A stretch of DNA of 64,000 bases from Dicyema japonicum. Taxonomy: Eukaryota; Animalia; Dicyemida. A program made the position numbers and the translations under genes. Under the pieces are notes generated by a model. That model saw only the letters and a list, made by a program, of their open reading frames with translations. It was not told where the DNA came from and ran no database searches. Positions 1 through 11,973 of the stretch are shown one piece after another. Numbering within the stretch: position 1 is the first letter of the stretch; every line of letters begins with the position of its first letter. Where the stretch lies: the NCBI GenBank assembly GCA_011109175.1, contig RDEW01000001.1, forward strand, positions 1,502,360-1,566,359, given 5' to 3'.

Positions 1-40
1 GTTGAAACCCACATTATTAAGTTTATTGCTATGGAGCTAT

Positions 41-150
41 TAATAACACGTGAAATGACCACCAAATTTAAATTCATCACGAGTTACAAATAACTTTAAT
101 AACACGTGACATGACCACCAAATTTAAATTCATGACTAGTCACAAATTTA
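41..150. repeat. Two-copy tandem duplication of a ~57-bp unit
   Basis: TAATAACACGTGA(A/C)ATGACCACCAAATTTAAATTCAT occurs at ~41 and ~98. Confidence 0.8.
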
Positions 151-387
151 TTCATAGATTCTGAATATATTCTCTTGTAGGAACGAAACCTTATGTCTAC
201 TCAATGGCCCACATCGGAAAGTTCCCGGGTGACAGATAGGGAGTTTGCTGATTCTTTTTGATGTATGTTATATAAGACACAAAATATTCATACGACACAA
301 CGAGGTGAACCTCAATTTCATCAACTGAGAATATGCATGTTCAGGATCTCCAGGAGCTACTTGTTTTGGCGGAGCGTTTCATATAAG

Positions 388-1020
388 TTTTATTTATTTA
401 CCCCCGGTCCTTCGACGACAAAGAAATCGGTGGTTAATAGGAAACCAACTTTCAAACTTTATGCTACTGTGGATCAGTCAAATAACCGTTGTGACAGGAA
501 AATCAAAGGCGAACTACGACGAGAAAAAAGGAGACCTTGTGGTCTCAGGAGGGTGGAGGGACACAACGACAAATCCAATGTAAAGAATCGACGCACTTCC
601 TTTATGTATGAGATACTTTTCTGAACTTTGGGAATGTCAATTGGGCTCCCGTTCTCCTCACAAGTTCCTCGAACGGAGTTGGAATTAGTGACGAGGAGAA
701 CCTTTGTAGGGCCCCAGTGAATGTTGCTTGAAAGACATTAATTTTCTTTAGATTCGTATTGGACAGGTTTGTCCCCCATGCTGAGCAATCATAACTGATT
801 ATTGGTTGTATGTATTGCGTATAGACTGAGTTTAACGTTGAGTAGAAGCAGCTTTTATAGTGTCAAGGAGAGCCTTTACAAAGTTTAGTTCACGTTGGGA
901 CGAGCATATGACGTTACTAACATGCTTACAGAATGTCATGAGGGGGTAGTAGTGATATCCAGTAATTTGATTGAGTTTGTAGATGGGATTGAAACTCCAT
1001 TAAGGGTTAAAAGAGGTGTA
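388..1020 (-). mobile_element. Decayed I/Jockey-like LINE 3' fragment with (TAAA)n tail
   Basis: The minus strand reads VYTQYIQPIISYDCSAWG, a post-RT motif like YKQYVEPTIGYACAAWG at ~61700. It ends in GAAGGACCGGGGG-TAAATAAATAAA at 388-407. Confidence 0.65.
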
Positions 1021-1224
1021 TAGTTTTTAGTCTTCTATTTGAAGTAAAAATCATTGTACATGACTTTTCAAGCTCCTCTCTTCTTAAAGGGTCATTGAGA
1101 TTTCGGATTTGCAATTATTATCAAAACCAATAAATAAAATATAATAATAAAATTTGTTTTATAATTAAAGTAAAAAAATAAAATCTCGGTTGGAATTTTA
1201 GATCTGCTTTGTGTAATCAATTTT

Positions 1225-1857
1225 ATGGGGAATTCCATTTCATATTTTCAACGGATCTTAAAGAAAATGCCATTTTTTGAAAGGAAGGACACCAGAATTC
1301 TAATGGTAGGCTTAGATGCGGCCGGAAAGACCACGATAATGGGCAAACTTAAAATGGGAGACACTGTTATGACAGTCCCCACAATCGGTACTTACTTTGG
1401 TTCATTTAAGGATTCAACGTGGAGACCTACAACCTGAGGAACAAGGGTACTGTGACCATTTGGGATATTGGGGGACAAAATACGATCCGTGAACTATGGA
1501 AACACTACTTTCATGGCTCAAAGGGTTGACTTGTCGATTCAAGGCAGGGATCATCTTCGTGATTGATGGGAATGACCGCGAACGATTGGAGGAGGCTGCG
1601 AATGAGCTTGCCAGTCTCATGGTCAGTCCAGAGCTGACCAACGCCCCTCTCTTGATTTTAGTAAACAAATCGGTGGGTTATTATCCTTAAAGTAGGACTT
1701 GCCCAACGCTATCAACTGTGAGACTGCATACATGGCCCTGAAGTTGGGGGATTATGATCAATCGAGGAAGATAATTGTGCATAGTTCATGTGCCACTACA
1801 GGGGACGGAATTTACGAGGGAATCGAGGCTCTCCATGAAGCAGTCACTAATAAATGA
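1225..1857 (+). CDS. ARF: ARF-family small GTPase (divergent), 4 exons
   Basis: [13 protein letters not shown]|FNVE, WDIGGQ, NKS|DL and SCATTG motifs join in frame after removing three GT-AG introns of 23 nt each (1388-1410, 1525-1547, 1673-1695). It starts MG (myristoylation site) and ends at TGA 1855-1857. Confidence 0.93.
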
Positions 1858-2257
1858 TAGTTTTGTGAATATTCTTTATAGTTAAACCGCTTATTGCCTT
1901 TAGGTTAACCTCCCTGACAGTCTTGGCTTTGTGGATCTGTCAGTCTGAGTAGTTGAGATTTTGTTGGAAGCAAGGCTATAGTGAAGGTTATGGGGGATGG
2001 TGCTAGCTGTGTTGAGATTTGAGTAATAGTAAGAGAGGGAGTTAGTTCTTCCTGTTGGTGGGGTCGCCATCTCAGTTTAAATAAAAATAATTAGGATAGT
2101 TTAACAAAACTTCTTGAGTGACCACAGATTGACACACTGAGAATCGATCGAACAGTAAAAATTTATTGTTAATTTTTTGTATAGAAATTAAAATCGATGT
2201 GTTAAATATTTATATTAAATTTTACTCTCCTTAAATATTGTGACTAATAATCTGAAA

Positions 2258-2490
2258 CCGGGATGGTACAGTGTCAGAACTGCCGACAAAATCTAGATGG
2301 TTCCGTGTTAGAATCTCGCTGTTAAACATGCCGGCTGAACGTTTCGTTCAACTATGATGATTTGGCTTGATGGGTTACACCGTCATCAGTAATGCCTCAC
2401 TTGGAAATCGGATTGTCCCCATGGACTCACACAAGAAAAAAGACAAGAAGTTAAGAGCACTCTGGATGTCTTGACATCATTACTAGATTA
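2258..2490 (+). mobile_element. SINE-like family A copy
   Basis: It shares the core TTGA(T/C)G..T.AC.CCGTCATCAGT..T.CTCAC..GGAA.CGGATTGTC, an A-rich tract and GTTAAGAGCAC with the copies at 24850, 36697, 41900 and 42625. The B-box is degenerate (GTGTTAGAATCTCGCTG). Confidence 0.65.
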
Positions 2491-2717
2491 ATTGGCACGA
2501 CTGGGGTTCCCTTCTTAAATAAAGTGTGTGTTCTCGTAAGCGAAGTTTTAAGTAATGGAAACATTCCTGTGACTATTAAAGATGCAATTTCATTAACCCC
2601 GAATACACAGAGAAGTCATCAACTAAAAGTATCCAAACAGGTTCTTTCATACAAAAATCCCATCCATACGTTTAATTCTTGCAGTTGAGGCAACTCTGGA
2701 ATATAGTCGGAATACTA

Positions 2718-2870
2718 TTTATTTTATAACCCCGGCTGCACCTGAAAGCGGTTAAGAGTTAACGTATAGTTAAGGTATACCCAGTTCCCCTGGTCTGACG
2801 TCACAGGATTTGATTAAAGCGCAAAGTAGAAGGAAGTCCGTCAGCTGTGTGAAAATCAAACCCACAGCTA
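2718..2870 (-). mobile_element. Diverged SINE-like family B copy (3' half)
   Basis: CCCCGG.T.CACC...AGTTAA.AGT.AAC...TTAAG.T.TA.CCAGTT.CC...AAAGTAG..GGA.GTCC aligns to 39286-39410. Confidence 0.55.
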
Positions 2871-4222
2871 ATCTCTACATGAGCGAAGCACTAACCACTA
2901 CTTTGCCTGGGAGAGCTATTAATCCGTGAGATTGAGACTGATGTTATCTAGAGCTGATAGACGCACTTTAGCATAACCTCAATATGACAGGTCATCGTGA
3001 GTCATTAGAAGACCCTTTGATTTTATCTTATGGAGTAGGGGCACGTGCTTAATTATATAAATTTAGGCGTTATCAGCCAGAGTCTGTTTTCTCCAGATAA
3101 GTTTCTACTTAACGTTCAGATGATTTGAAGGAACTGAAATAATTTTTCAAACAGACTCCCAGGAAGCGTCACATATATCCTAGTTGTATGACAGGGTCGG
3201 GTTTATAGAGGTTTCAGATATCCTTGGACGAAGGCTAAGTCCAAAGGGTCGTTTCCCAATTTATTATTTTATTAATTTGTTCATTCTAATCTTAGACAGC
3301 AGGTTTTCTGAGGTGATATCTACAACACACGAGGGATTTCAGTTTTATTGTCTTCCCCCATTTATTTCTGAACGTGAATCCATAGGTTTGATTGCAATTA
3401 CGTCTACTTGTGAGGTGTCTAGAACCAGGAACCATTTACCAAATTAGGCCGGTGCTTGATGTTTCCTTCTCCTTTCGAAGTCATCCAGTCTCACGTAGAC
3501 CCTTGGTGACTTTTTGGATCATTGAACCGATAGGACGGACTGGGTCGTCAGCTTTTGGGCCATATCTCGTTATAAAACTTTTTAATATCAGATAAACTGC
3601 TTCCATATATGCTGGGAATTATTTTTTCTTATTTAATTTATTTATTAAAAATTTATTTATTTAAACGAAGAACTTAAAAATGAGACTTTGTTAAGCGTAT
3701 AATCAAGGTATTTTAATCACAGATGCATTGAATTTTCTGTGTTCCTCCAACGTTTCAACTGTTCTCCAAATCGTTCCTTTTAGTAAAATTTGCAATTTTG
3801 GACTCTGCGATTTCTACCACTGGCCGATGAAATCAATTTGACTGTTCGTTGCAAAGTTGGGAGAAGCAGGGTTATTTCTTAAATTATTGAGTCATTTTAT
3901 AAATGCGGGGTGTTTGAAATCGGCTTTCACAAGATGTGGTAAAAATGACAATTGGTGGTCAGAACATTTTTGCGGCTCCATGACTTAGAAAAGTTAAAAT
4001 ATGCTTGAAGGGTCCAGGAAAACATCTTCCACTCCCAAAGAGGAGATTATTAGATTTGGACAAATTCTATCAGTCAAAATACTGTTTAGGGGACCTGAGT
4101 CAAGCACTGCTGCTTTGAAGAAATATGATAGTCATGCCAAGACCTACAAATTGAGAGGAGGTCAGACTACCCGGGGGTCAAACGACTAAGAAACCACAAG
4201 AAAATAAATATTTATTAAAAAC

Positions 4223-6734
4223 TCAGGCAAACATCTGTGATATCCGACGAAGAACAAACTCAATTCCCATATTGATAGTTTTGGAGACTCCATAAAACTG
4301 CAAGAATCCGTGAGGGAATCCGTCAAGCACTTCGATTTCAACATCATGTCCAATTTTATACAACCTCTTGGCTAGATTTACTGAATCGTCCAACAAGGGA
4401 TCAAAACTTCCAACCTTCAAGTAAACCTAAACCTTACAAATATCCTAATGGGTGGAAAACTCAGCAAGGATGTTGTCACTTAAATTTACGGGGGAAACCA
4501 AAATATCATTACAAATGTCCCGATTCCACAGTTTCAACACCACATCCCCAATCCACTTCCCAAAGTCGTATTTTTCGAATACATCCCCCACAGTTTTCGA
4601 GTCAAAGCCGGAAAATTGTGGAATTGTCCCATTGGACTCGGAAATGTCAATATTCAGATAGCCTATGACTAAAACACCAGGAGAACTAGAAATAATGGAG
4701 GCAAACGAAGAAAACGACACGATTGGGTCGATAATCGAGATAAACACAGAGGGAGTCAACTTTAATGACAAAGAACATGACGGATAGGCCAGAACGATCC
4801 CATCTGGTCTCCTAATACCACCAAAGAGTGCTTTTACTGTCACAACTTGAGCCAAATTGCCCCCCGCACTGTCTCCCATCAAAACAACTCGTCTCCCTTT
4901 AGTCCCTGCCTTTAAGTCAGCACAATAAACCGAGATAAGTAAGGTTCTTCAAAGCCCATGCGTAACAATAGAAGCACTCATTGACGGCACGTGGGAAGGG
5001 GCTTGCCGGAGATAGTGAGTAATCAACTGAAAGGATGGGGAGCATAGTAGCTCTGCTCAACTCTGTTAGGTAGGTCTAGGTCCCCCATTCAATATACAAT
5101 ATGACTGGCCGACGTCTGGGAGATGAATCCCCCTCCATGAAAGTGAATTATGAGATCCTCCGCGAGGTTTTCATTTTTATTAGACAAGAACTATCAGAAT
5201 AATCCACCAAATAAAAAAGCCACAAAGAATGCTAAGCCAAAATGAAAAAAATCACTATTTTAAGCATAAAATCGCCACATTGTACTTAGCGAGCTATCAT
5301 ACACAAATACACGCGTTATGGGGAATGCTAATAATCGAAAGGCAAGATTATATGAAATATTATGATAATCCAATACAAATCCACATCACAAGGAAATCAA
5401 TAGTTAAACTAACATTCGAACAATAGCCTTTAATGGCGACTGTGATGATTTACGGAACATGAATACAAGAAATTTTCATAGACCATACAAACACTGTATA
5501 AGCCTCAAGGGAACCCACGTGGAATAATCAACCATAGGATAGCAGTAGTTGCACAGATATATAAAAACTATATTCTTAGCACCATCTGATTTCACGGCAC
5601 AAAAGTGAATCAGAATATCTATGGATTATAAAAATGGGGGAAACACATATTTTGACAGTAAATTATAAACCAACCACCACTAGAATGGCAATAATAGGAA
5701 ACAGGGGAATCACAGTAAAGGGTGTATTTTGGGGACATATGAAAAGTTATGAGCGTTTGGAGAGAGGATGTAAATTACTACGTTGTACTGTTTATATGAG
5801 ACCAGTCTGACGGAGACTGGTGGTCCTTCTGGTGGGAATAATTGGAATCCGTCGGAAGTCTTTGAGGATTCAAAATTGAGTGTCGTCTTTGGGAGACGGA
5901 AATGATGGTTGAAGGAAAGTCGGTTGAAGTTAACATTGATAAACTATTTCGCGGTAAAAACAGAAAATACATTCAAAACGGGGTTTTCCGTTATATTCCA
6001 TAATTTTGCGGTGGCCGAGGGATCCACGAAATTCGAGCAGAACGATAACTACAACATAAACGGAAACCAAACGTATTTAGCACGGATTTTGTAGTCGTTT
6101 AAGTTCATCCTTAAAATCTCTGTTGCTGCATGGAACAGATTGCCGGGCTTACTGGCTCTCTTCAGTCTGTAGGCCGTCGAAACGGAGGCCACGTGGTTAA
6201 ACATATTTTGGATGGAATTTGGAAGCTTTCGATTAGGAAAAGGCAAGTTACATAAAACCCCAATTTGGACTGATAAAAGGGGATTTGGTTGATGGAAATC
6301 ATTTTATCCACAATTTCCTTGAAATCTTCAATTGTTGGAGAGTCCTTTTCTTGGTGGGAGATAATATGCTCGAGGACGTCGGAGATTTTCAACATTTCTT
6401 CGAAGATGTCGACATGTTGAACAAAATTTGAGATTTTAACCCCTTTTCTGCCATTTTTGTAGAATCCTGCCGTAATTTCGAAAATCGGCTCAACAGCCCT
6501 TTCCAAGACGGTGAAATAACTCCTCACTCCGTTATAAGGGATTTCCTCGTGACAGTCGTACGATTCTGTCTTAGATAATAATTTGTTTAGTCGTTTCTCA
6601 GTCTCCACGTGGTTGAGGATACTTTGAAGACGCGTAAATAGTTTTTCAGTAATAATTTTTGCAAAATTTAACTTTAAGTCCTCATTCAATAATTTTCTTG
6701 TAAATAATATTAAATTTATTGCTGAACAAGTCAT
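4223..6734 (-). CDS. LIPE: Hormone-sensitive lipase, multi-exon
   Basis: It has the HSL N-terminal region (YDCHEEIPYNG, SKLGFY), the HGGG oxyanion motif, the GDSAGGN nucleophile, a DPLLDD Asp motif and HGF His. Introns read are 22, 25 and 26 nt. I saw no disablements in the segments I read. Confidence 0.9.
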
Positions 6735-6944
6735 TTATTATTTGAATTATTTATTTAATTGTGCTTTTTTATTTTTGATTAATCTTTAATATTTTTTTGA
6801 ATATTTAGTTTTCGTTTCTAATTTAAATTAATTTTTTCCTGTCTTAGTTGTACAAGGGCTTTTTGGCTGAACTTAACGTCTGATGACATCGTATCTGACA
6901 GTCGTGTGCTCAATCTGAAAGATGTATTAAAAAAAAGAAAGAAT

Positions 6945-7190
6945 GCCGCGTGGCGCCATGTGGTGTTTCGTGGCTAATTGGTTGAAGTTTCTGTTATATA
7001 CGTCTGTACCTCCTCTCTTCCAATTAGGGTGGCGTCATGTGATCCACCTGTCCAGGTGACGCCCAGTGCCAGGCCGGCACGAAATGGGATCATTTGCTCT
7101 CCCCCACTCTACTGGAGGGGTTTCCACAACTGCATGTAATGGACGTCTTGTCTTACCTTTTATGCTGACTCCGGATGGACTCTGTAGAAG
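6945..7190 (+). mobile_element. SINE-like family B copy (3'-truncated)
   Basis: GCCGCGTGGCGCCATGTGGTG head and GTGGCGTCATGTGATCCACCTGTCCAGGTG..CCAGGCCGGCAC..GATCATTTGCTCTCCCCCACT..GGTTTCCACAACTGCATGTAATGGACGTC core, closely similar to 12418-12685 and 39264-39592. Confidence 0.8.
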
Positions 7191-7754
7191 TGGAAGGGAT
7201 TCAAGACCAGACATTGGTGCATCAAATGTTTCTTATTGAAACTTTAGTTTCCGATATCTCATGGGTCGATTAAAGAGAGGAACGAGAGTTTTTATCCAGC
7301 GTGGTGAGGTGGAGACATCGAAGTTGCAGTACGTCACCACATCAAACATTTATCAATTATTCCATAAAGCGCTTACTGGATCTGTTATAGCATGCGGTGG
7401 GCTCGGAGGTTGTGTGTCGTAAATAAGAGTAGGTCAAAAGTCCCCCTAACCAAGGAATTGTGAAAGGTTTAACTAAACCCTCATCAGGGGCTTTCCAGAA
7501 TGGTAGGTGTGGAAGATAAAAAATGTTGGGTATAATACATACGAGGATCGGTCGCACAATCCAACAGGCCACTAATCCAGTTACATTACGTCATTAACTG
7601 AGTTGTGAGGTAACATATTGATTAATGACGTCATTGGGATTACTGATGTTACTTGTATCGCGATTAGTTGTAGATAATGATGTCATTGGGATGTCCCACA
7701 CCGCTACCTAACCGGTTGAAGGATTACGTACTCTTCTGAGCCTCTTCAATTCCT

Positions 7755-7870
7755 GAGGCATCATGTGATTCACATAAGACGTCCAGTACCTGATCGACGA
7801 CCAAAAATGATCACTTTCTTCACCACTCTACTAAGGAGTTTCCACAATTGGGGATATGCATAGACGTGAT
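7755..7870 (+). mobile_element. Degenerate family B core fragment
   Basis: GGCATCATGTGATTCAC...GATCACTTTC...CCACTCTACT.AGGAGTTTCCACAA aligns to the family B core. Confidence 0.5.
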
Positions 7871-7899
7871 GCTTTGAGCGGACCGTGGGATTATTCTCC

Positions 7900-8190
7900 G
7901 TGGGAACAGGATATACTTTAATTAGACATAACTAGCTCTTAACCTCCTTCCGATATAACCGGAGATGTTTCAGAGATATTGCTGGATTCTGAGATTTTAT
8001 ATTGGTCGCTTTCAGTTCACCATTTTTACTACAGATAGAAGGTTCGAGAATGAATCTGAGTTATTGCTTGGAGATATTCACATCTCATTTACTGGAAGTC
8101 AGAAGATCCTTGGCATCACTTTCGATACGTTGATTATACTTACTTGTCACGCTAAAGAAGTCATGAATAGGAATTTAGCACATCAACACA
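7900..8190 (+). mobile_element. Decayed LINE RT thumb fragment
   Basis: SQKILGITFDT matches SQKILGVTFDT in the LINE at ~61900. Confidence 0.55.
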
Positions 8191-8649
8191 CTCAGATTGA
8201 AACCCCTGCGTCTTCTCCCCTCATACGAAAGAGCATCAATTGGTACTCTCCCTTTTGGGAATCGGCCAGAAACATTGGTCGAGGTGCGTGTTTTTCACAG
8301 ACAAAAAAACCCATTCGGGGAATGCAAGTATATTTTTGCAAGAAGAACAGTGGAAAAAAACTCGATTAAACCGCTGCCAAAAGAACTCGATTGTGAAACT
8401 GGGGGCGTATTGTGGGATTTTTTTAAATCATGAAAATGAGTGTCAATAATTTAGATTTGAGTCCTTTTTTACTGATTACTACATTTCAATGACGAGGATT
8501 ATCACCAAGACAAATTCAAAAAATCCACCTGCAAATTCTCTGCGTTTTTTGTGGATGAGTTGTAATAAAGTTAGCTCATACGAGACTTGGTACTCATAAT
8601 TTATTCCAAATTTTGAATATTTTGTCTGAAGAAGTCTGAAAAGTCACAA

Positions 8650-8950
8650 ACAGCGATCATTGAGGGCAATCCCCCAAAGGACTAAAGGATTTCTCTTCCT
8701 TGGGCAAATCTAGCAGTCTGCTTCGACGGGCTTGACTTCTATGCTCCCAGAGATGTAGCACGCCATGCATTTTCCTCTTCTTCGAACTCAAGTCTACCGT
8801 TGGTCAGGATATTTCATCTCCCTACGGAATCCTAACAATAAAAAGTACTAAGAAGGTTGGTCCTCCCAGCAGGTCAACATGTCTGAAGTTACTCTTGAAA
8901 GGGAACTACGTTGTTCCCTCTCTTAAATTTGCTCAGGAGATTTCAGAGTG
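8650..8950 (+). mobile_element. Decayed CRE-like non-LTR fragment
   Basis: SLPW...GLDFYAPRDVARHAFSSS resembles the post-RT SLP..GGLG..A..AF.SS motif of the 9460-11720 element. Confidence 0.45.
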
Positions 8951-9459
8951 CTAATTTAGACCCTTAGATCACTCATTCTGACACTACTTAAAGAGATTCA
9001 TTATGTCTTAGGTTAGCGTTCATGGCAGAAATTATTCTTGTAGCTGATTTGGCATATAAATTTAAATAGATTTCTCTTCCGAATGATGGGTAACCCCAAT
9101 TCTCTTAATAAAAAGTTTGTCGCATTAGAATATAGATTGTTTTATGAAAAAAGTTGTATTCTATCAGCAACTGTAAGTACAACGTTTGAAACTTATTTTT
9201 CAACTCCCAATCCATTTCACGATTTGAGAATAAAACCATTTTAACTACGTTTGTGGAAATCGATGATCTCAGTATTGAGGATTCCTTGATTGAACTTAAA
9301 AGTTCACATCTAGCGCTCATATTATTTGAAAACGAACAATTGGTGAAATTTTGGTGCGATTTAAGCTGCATTTCGCTGGAAAAGTAATTACTAGGGCCAT
9401 TTTCTGCCATAAAATGCCATTTTTAAAGTAAGGGTCATTTTTTATTAATGAATTAAATT

Positions 9460-11720
9460 TAATTGTTTTTATTAAAGAAAGAAAAGAGACTAAACGGTTA
9501 TATAGCGGCTACCCTGACTGCGTGGCTATTCCTTCTCAGGATAGCGAGCGAGGTTCGCTCAAATAACCAGCAGCGCTCAAGAGGGTCTCCTGTTCGTGTA
9601 GTGATTCGATTCCCTAGACGACTCAAGATTTCCAGGGTCGCAGGCGCAAGGGAACCAGACGTCTCAACGGCGACTGGAACAAACAAAAACTCCTTGGGTA
9701 GGACCGCGTACTTTTCCCGTTTCATCTTCTCGGCCTTTTCAGCGGCAGAACAGGCTCCAGAGGCACTCGAGTAGGTTGCAAGAGGCAAATGTGTCGTGCA
9801 GGTAACGTCCCAGACAAGAGGTTTCCCGGCTTCAAAAGGAAAGATTGTTATCCCATCTGGTCGTTTCCCGTTTCGAGTATGGAGGGGTGCCCGGCGGCGT
9901 CCAAAGCTCGCCTAACGACTTCGTTCAAGGCCATGTGTCTGGGAAATCTGCCTGCACTCTTCCTGCAGGAGAGAGGATGTCGATTTGGTCTTCGCATCGG
10001 CACGAATGTTTAACACAGACTTTTAATCCCAGTCGCAATGAGATCCTAATACGGACGCATTCATCATTCAGGAAAGTACCCAGAACTCTATTGGGAATGG
10101 CGTTGAGCTAGGCACCGCTCTCGGAAGATGCCCCCGATAACAAACAGGCACGGCGATGTTGGCTTGATGCCACTAGCAAATCATTTTTCACATATAGCTC
10201 TTGCATTTATGGTGATTGGGGATCCGAAAAAAATAAGTTCTTCATCAGGTGTGGAAATACTTCCAGGGAATAAATTTCCGAAAGATGACAAAGCTTTTGA
10301 ATACTTCTCTTCTGAAAGTCCGCAATTGTAGATTTCGCATTTAATGTAATTTAATTCCAGTCGAGCTTCCAACAGTGCTGGAATTATCACTTCCAAATCC
10401 CGGAAAACAGTATCCAGGGGTCCTCGGAGGACCGCATCATCCAGATACCATAGATTGAGGGCGAGCACGGGTGATTTTCTCTATTGCAAGACAAAACAAT
10501 AGGAGTCTAAGGAAATCTCCCTGTTGCACTCCAGAATAGGAATGGATTAGGTAGTCCCCGAAAAGTAAGGATGAAGGTAGGCTGTATGACTGATTCACAA
10601 ATTCGAAAATATTAGGGCATCTCTCAACACACGCCTCCAGGATATTGTCTCTCCAGAGACTATTGAAGGCGTTCTTGATGTCCAGTTTTACCAGGATATG
10701 TCCCCGGGAATCTTCTATACTGCGGTTTATGAATGTCCTCACTGAATGGACAGCAGCCTCGCATCCAAGCGAATACCGACGCCTACTTTAGGTGGTTCAA
10801 GAATTTTGTGACGAGTGGAATAGAATGTCTGGAGGCAATTTTAGCAACCAGTCTTCTGAAGACAAACCCGACCGCAACTGGTCGTACTCCGCCTCCCTTT
10901 ATATCAAAGGCTATCAAATTGCCGGAACAGGACATGGCGGATAACTTCGGGAAGAACTCCAGACATGATCCGGTTCATAAGTGAAGTAATTGAATTCGTA
11001 AGACGAAGTCTCTTGTCTCCTACGGACAAAGAGGTTAGATCTTTTAGGTAGCAAGTTTCATTCCGTCGAGCCCGCCACTGCTACTAGGGCAAAATTCCAT
11101 ATTTCGAGAAGAATTCCGGATGGGGGAACGACTTGGCGTAGGTTTTGGGTGGCAGTGGATGCTTATTCAGTAAAATATTGTAGGCGTCTGGAGTTGGTTT
11201 TCGTGGTCTACTCGAGGAATGTGCCCTGATTGCTGCGCGGTGCCACCTTCGATTAACTTTGACCAGACAGCTTTCTTGAGACGGAGCACTTCGACTTCCT
11301 CGTTCTGACCACGTGTCTCCCTCGTACGGTTAGAAGCCATCAACTGGGGATGTGATACCTACCAAAAAAGAACGAATGTTGGTCCTCATGGTAGTAGCGA
11401 GAGACTCCTTTCCGTGACCATCTCGATCAAGTCCCTGTGCGGAAGGCGCAAACTGAATAAGCGCATCCAACCATTACTGCGTTAGTCCGGAGGCATCTTC
11501 GATCGTTTTGGAAAGGGCCTCCTCAGCGACAGGCCGTACGGCCTTGGGAATTCTCACATGGGTAGTCCGTGAAAACGTAATCAGAGATGAGACGTAGGAA
11601 TGTTTTCAGGTCCGTGGTTGATGGGAGTAATTAACGGAGAACCTTTCTGTATAGGCCGAGGCATGACTGGCAGTGCCATACTCCAAGCACGCTCGCTGCG
11701 GCTTGGGATAGCTTGATACA
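9460..11720 (-). mobile_element. CRE-clade non-LTR retrotransposon (RT plus restriction-like endonuclease), frameshifted
   Basis: N-terminal RIPKAVRPVA..L; RT motifs KLDIKNAFNS, GVQQGD and YLDD; RLE C-terminus FVPVAVETSG...GDPLERCWLFERTSLAILRRN. Confidence 0.85.
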
Positions 11721-11794
11721 CCCGAAATGGAAGAAATCTAATTAATTTTTATATACTGAGTTAAATTATATAAAGATTAATTAAAATGTTTTAT

Positions 11795-11915
11795 CTTTAC
11801 GACGTCACGGGAATGCCTATATCAAGGCTACTCAAAATTGCGACGGATCGGGGAGAGTGGAGGAAACTTGTTCATGAGATCTCCAAGGGTCGGACATGAC
11901 TTAATTGGATAACAA
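11795..11915 (+). mobile_element. RTE-clade LINE extreme 3' end
   Basis: ATDRGEWRKLVHEISKGRT* followed by GTCGGACATGACTTAATTGGATAACAAC, the typical RTE/BovB-like terminus. Confidence 0.7.
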
Positions 11916-11973
11916 CATATCTTTATGAAGTTATAATGCCATTTTTGCCATGTTTGATTTAAATGCCATAATT

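Noticed and set aside
3050-3610. Possible small minus-strand gene (MEAVYLILKSFITRYGPKADDP...)
   Set aside because: I could not build a consistent spliced frame or recognise a domain.
7440-7500. Minus-strand CTGATGAG-GGTTT-AGTT-AAACC hammerhead-like stem II
   Set aside because: It is followed by TTTCA instead of GAAA, and stems I and III are irregular.
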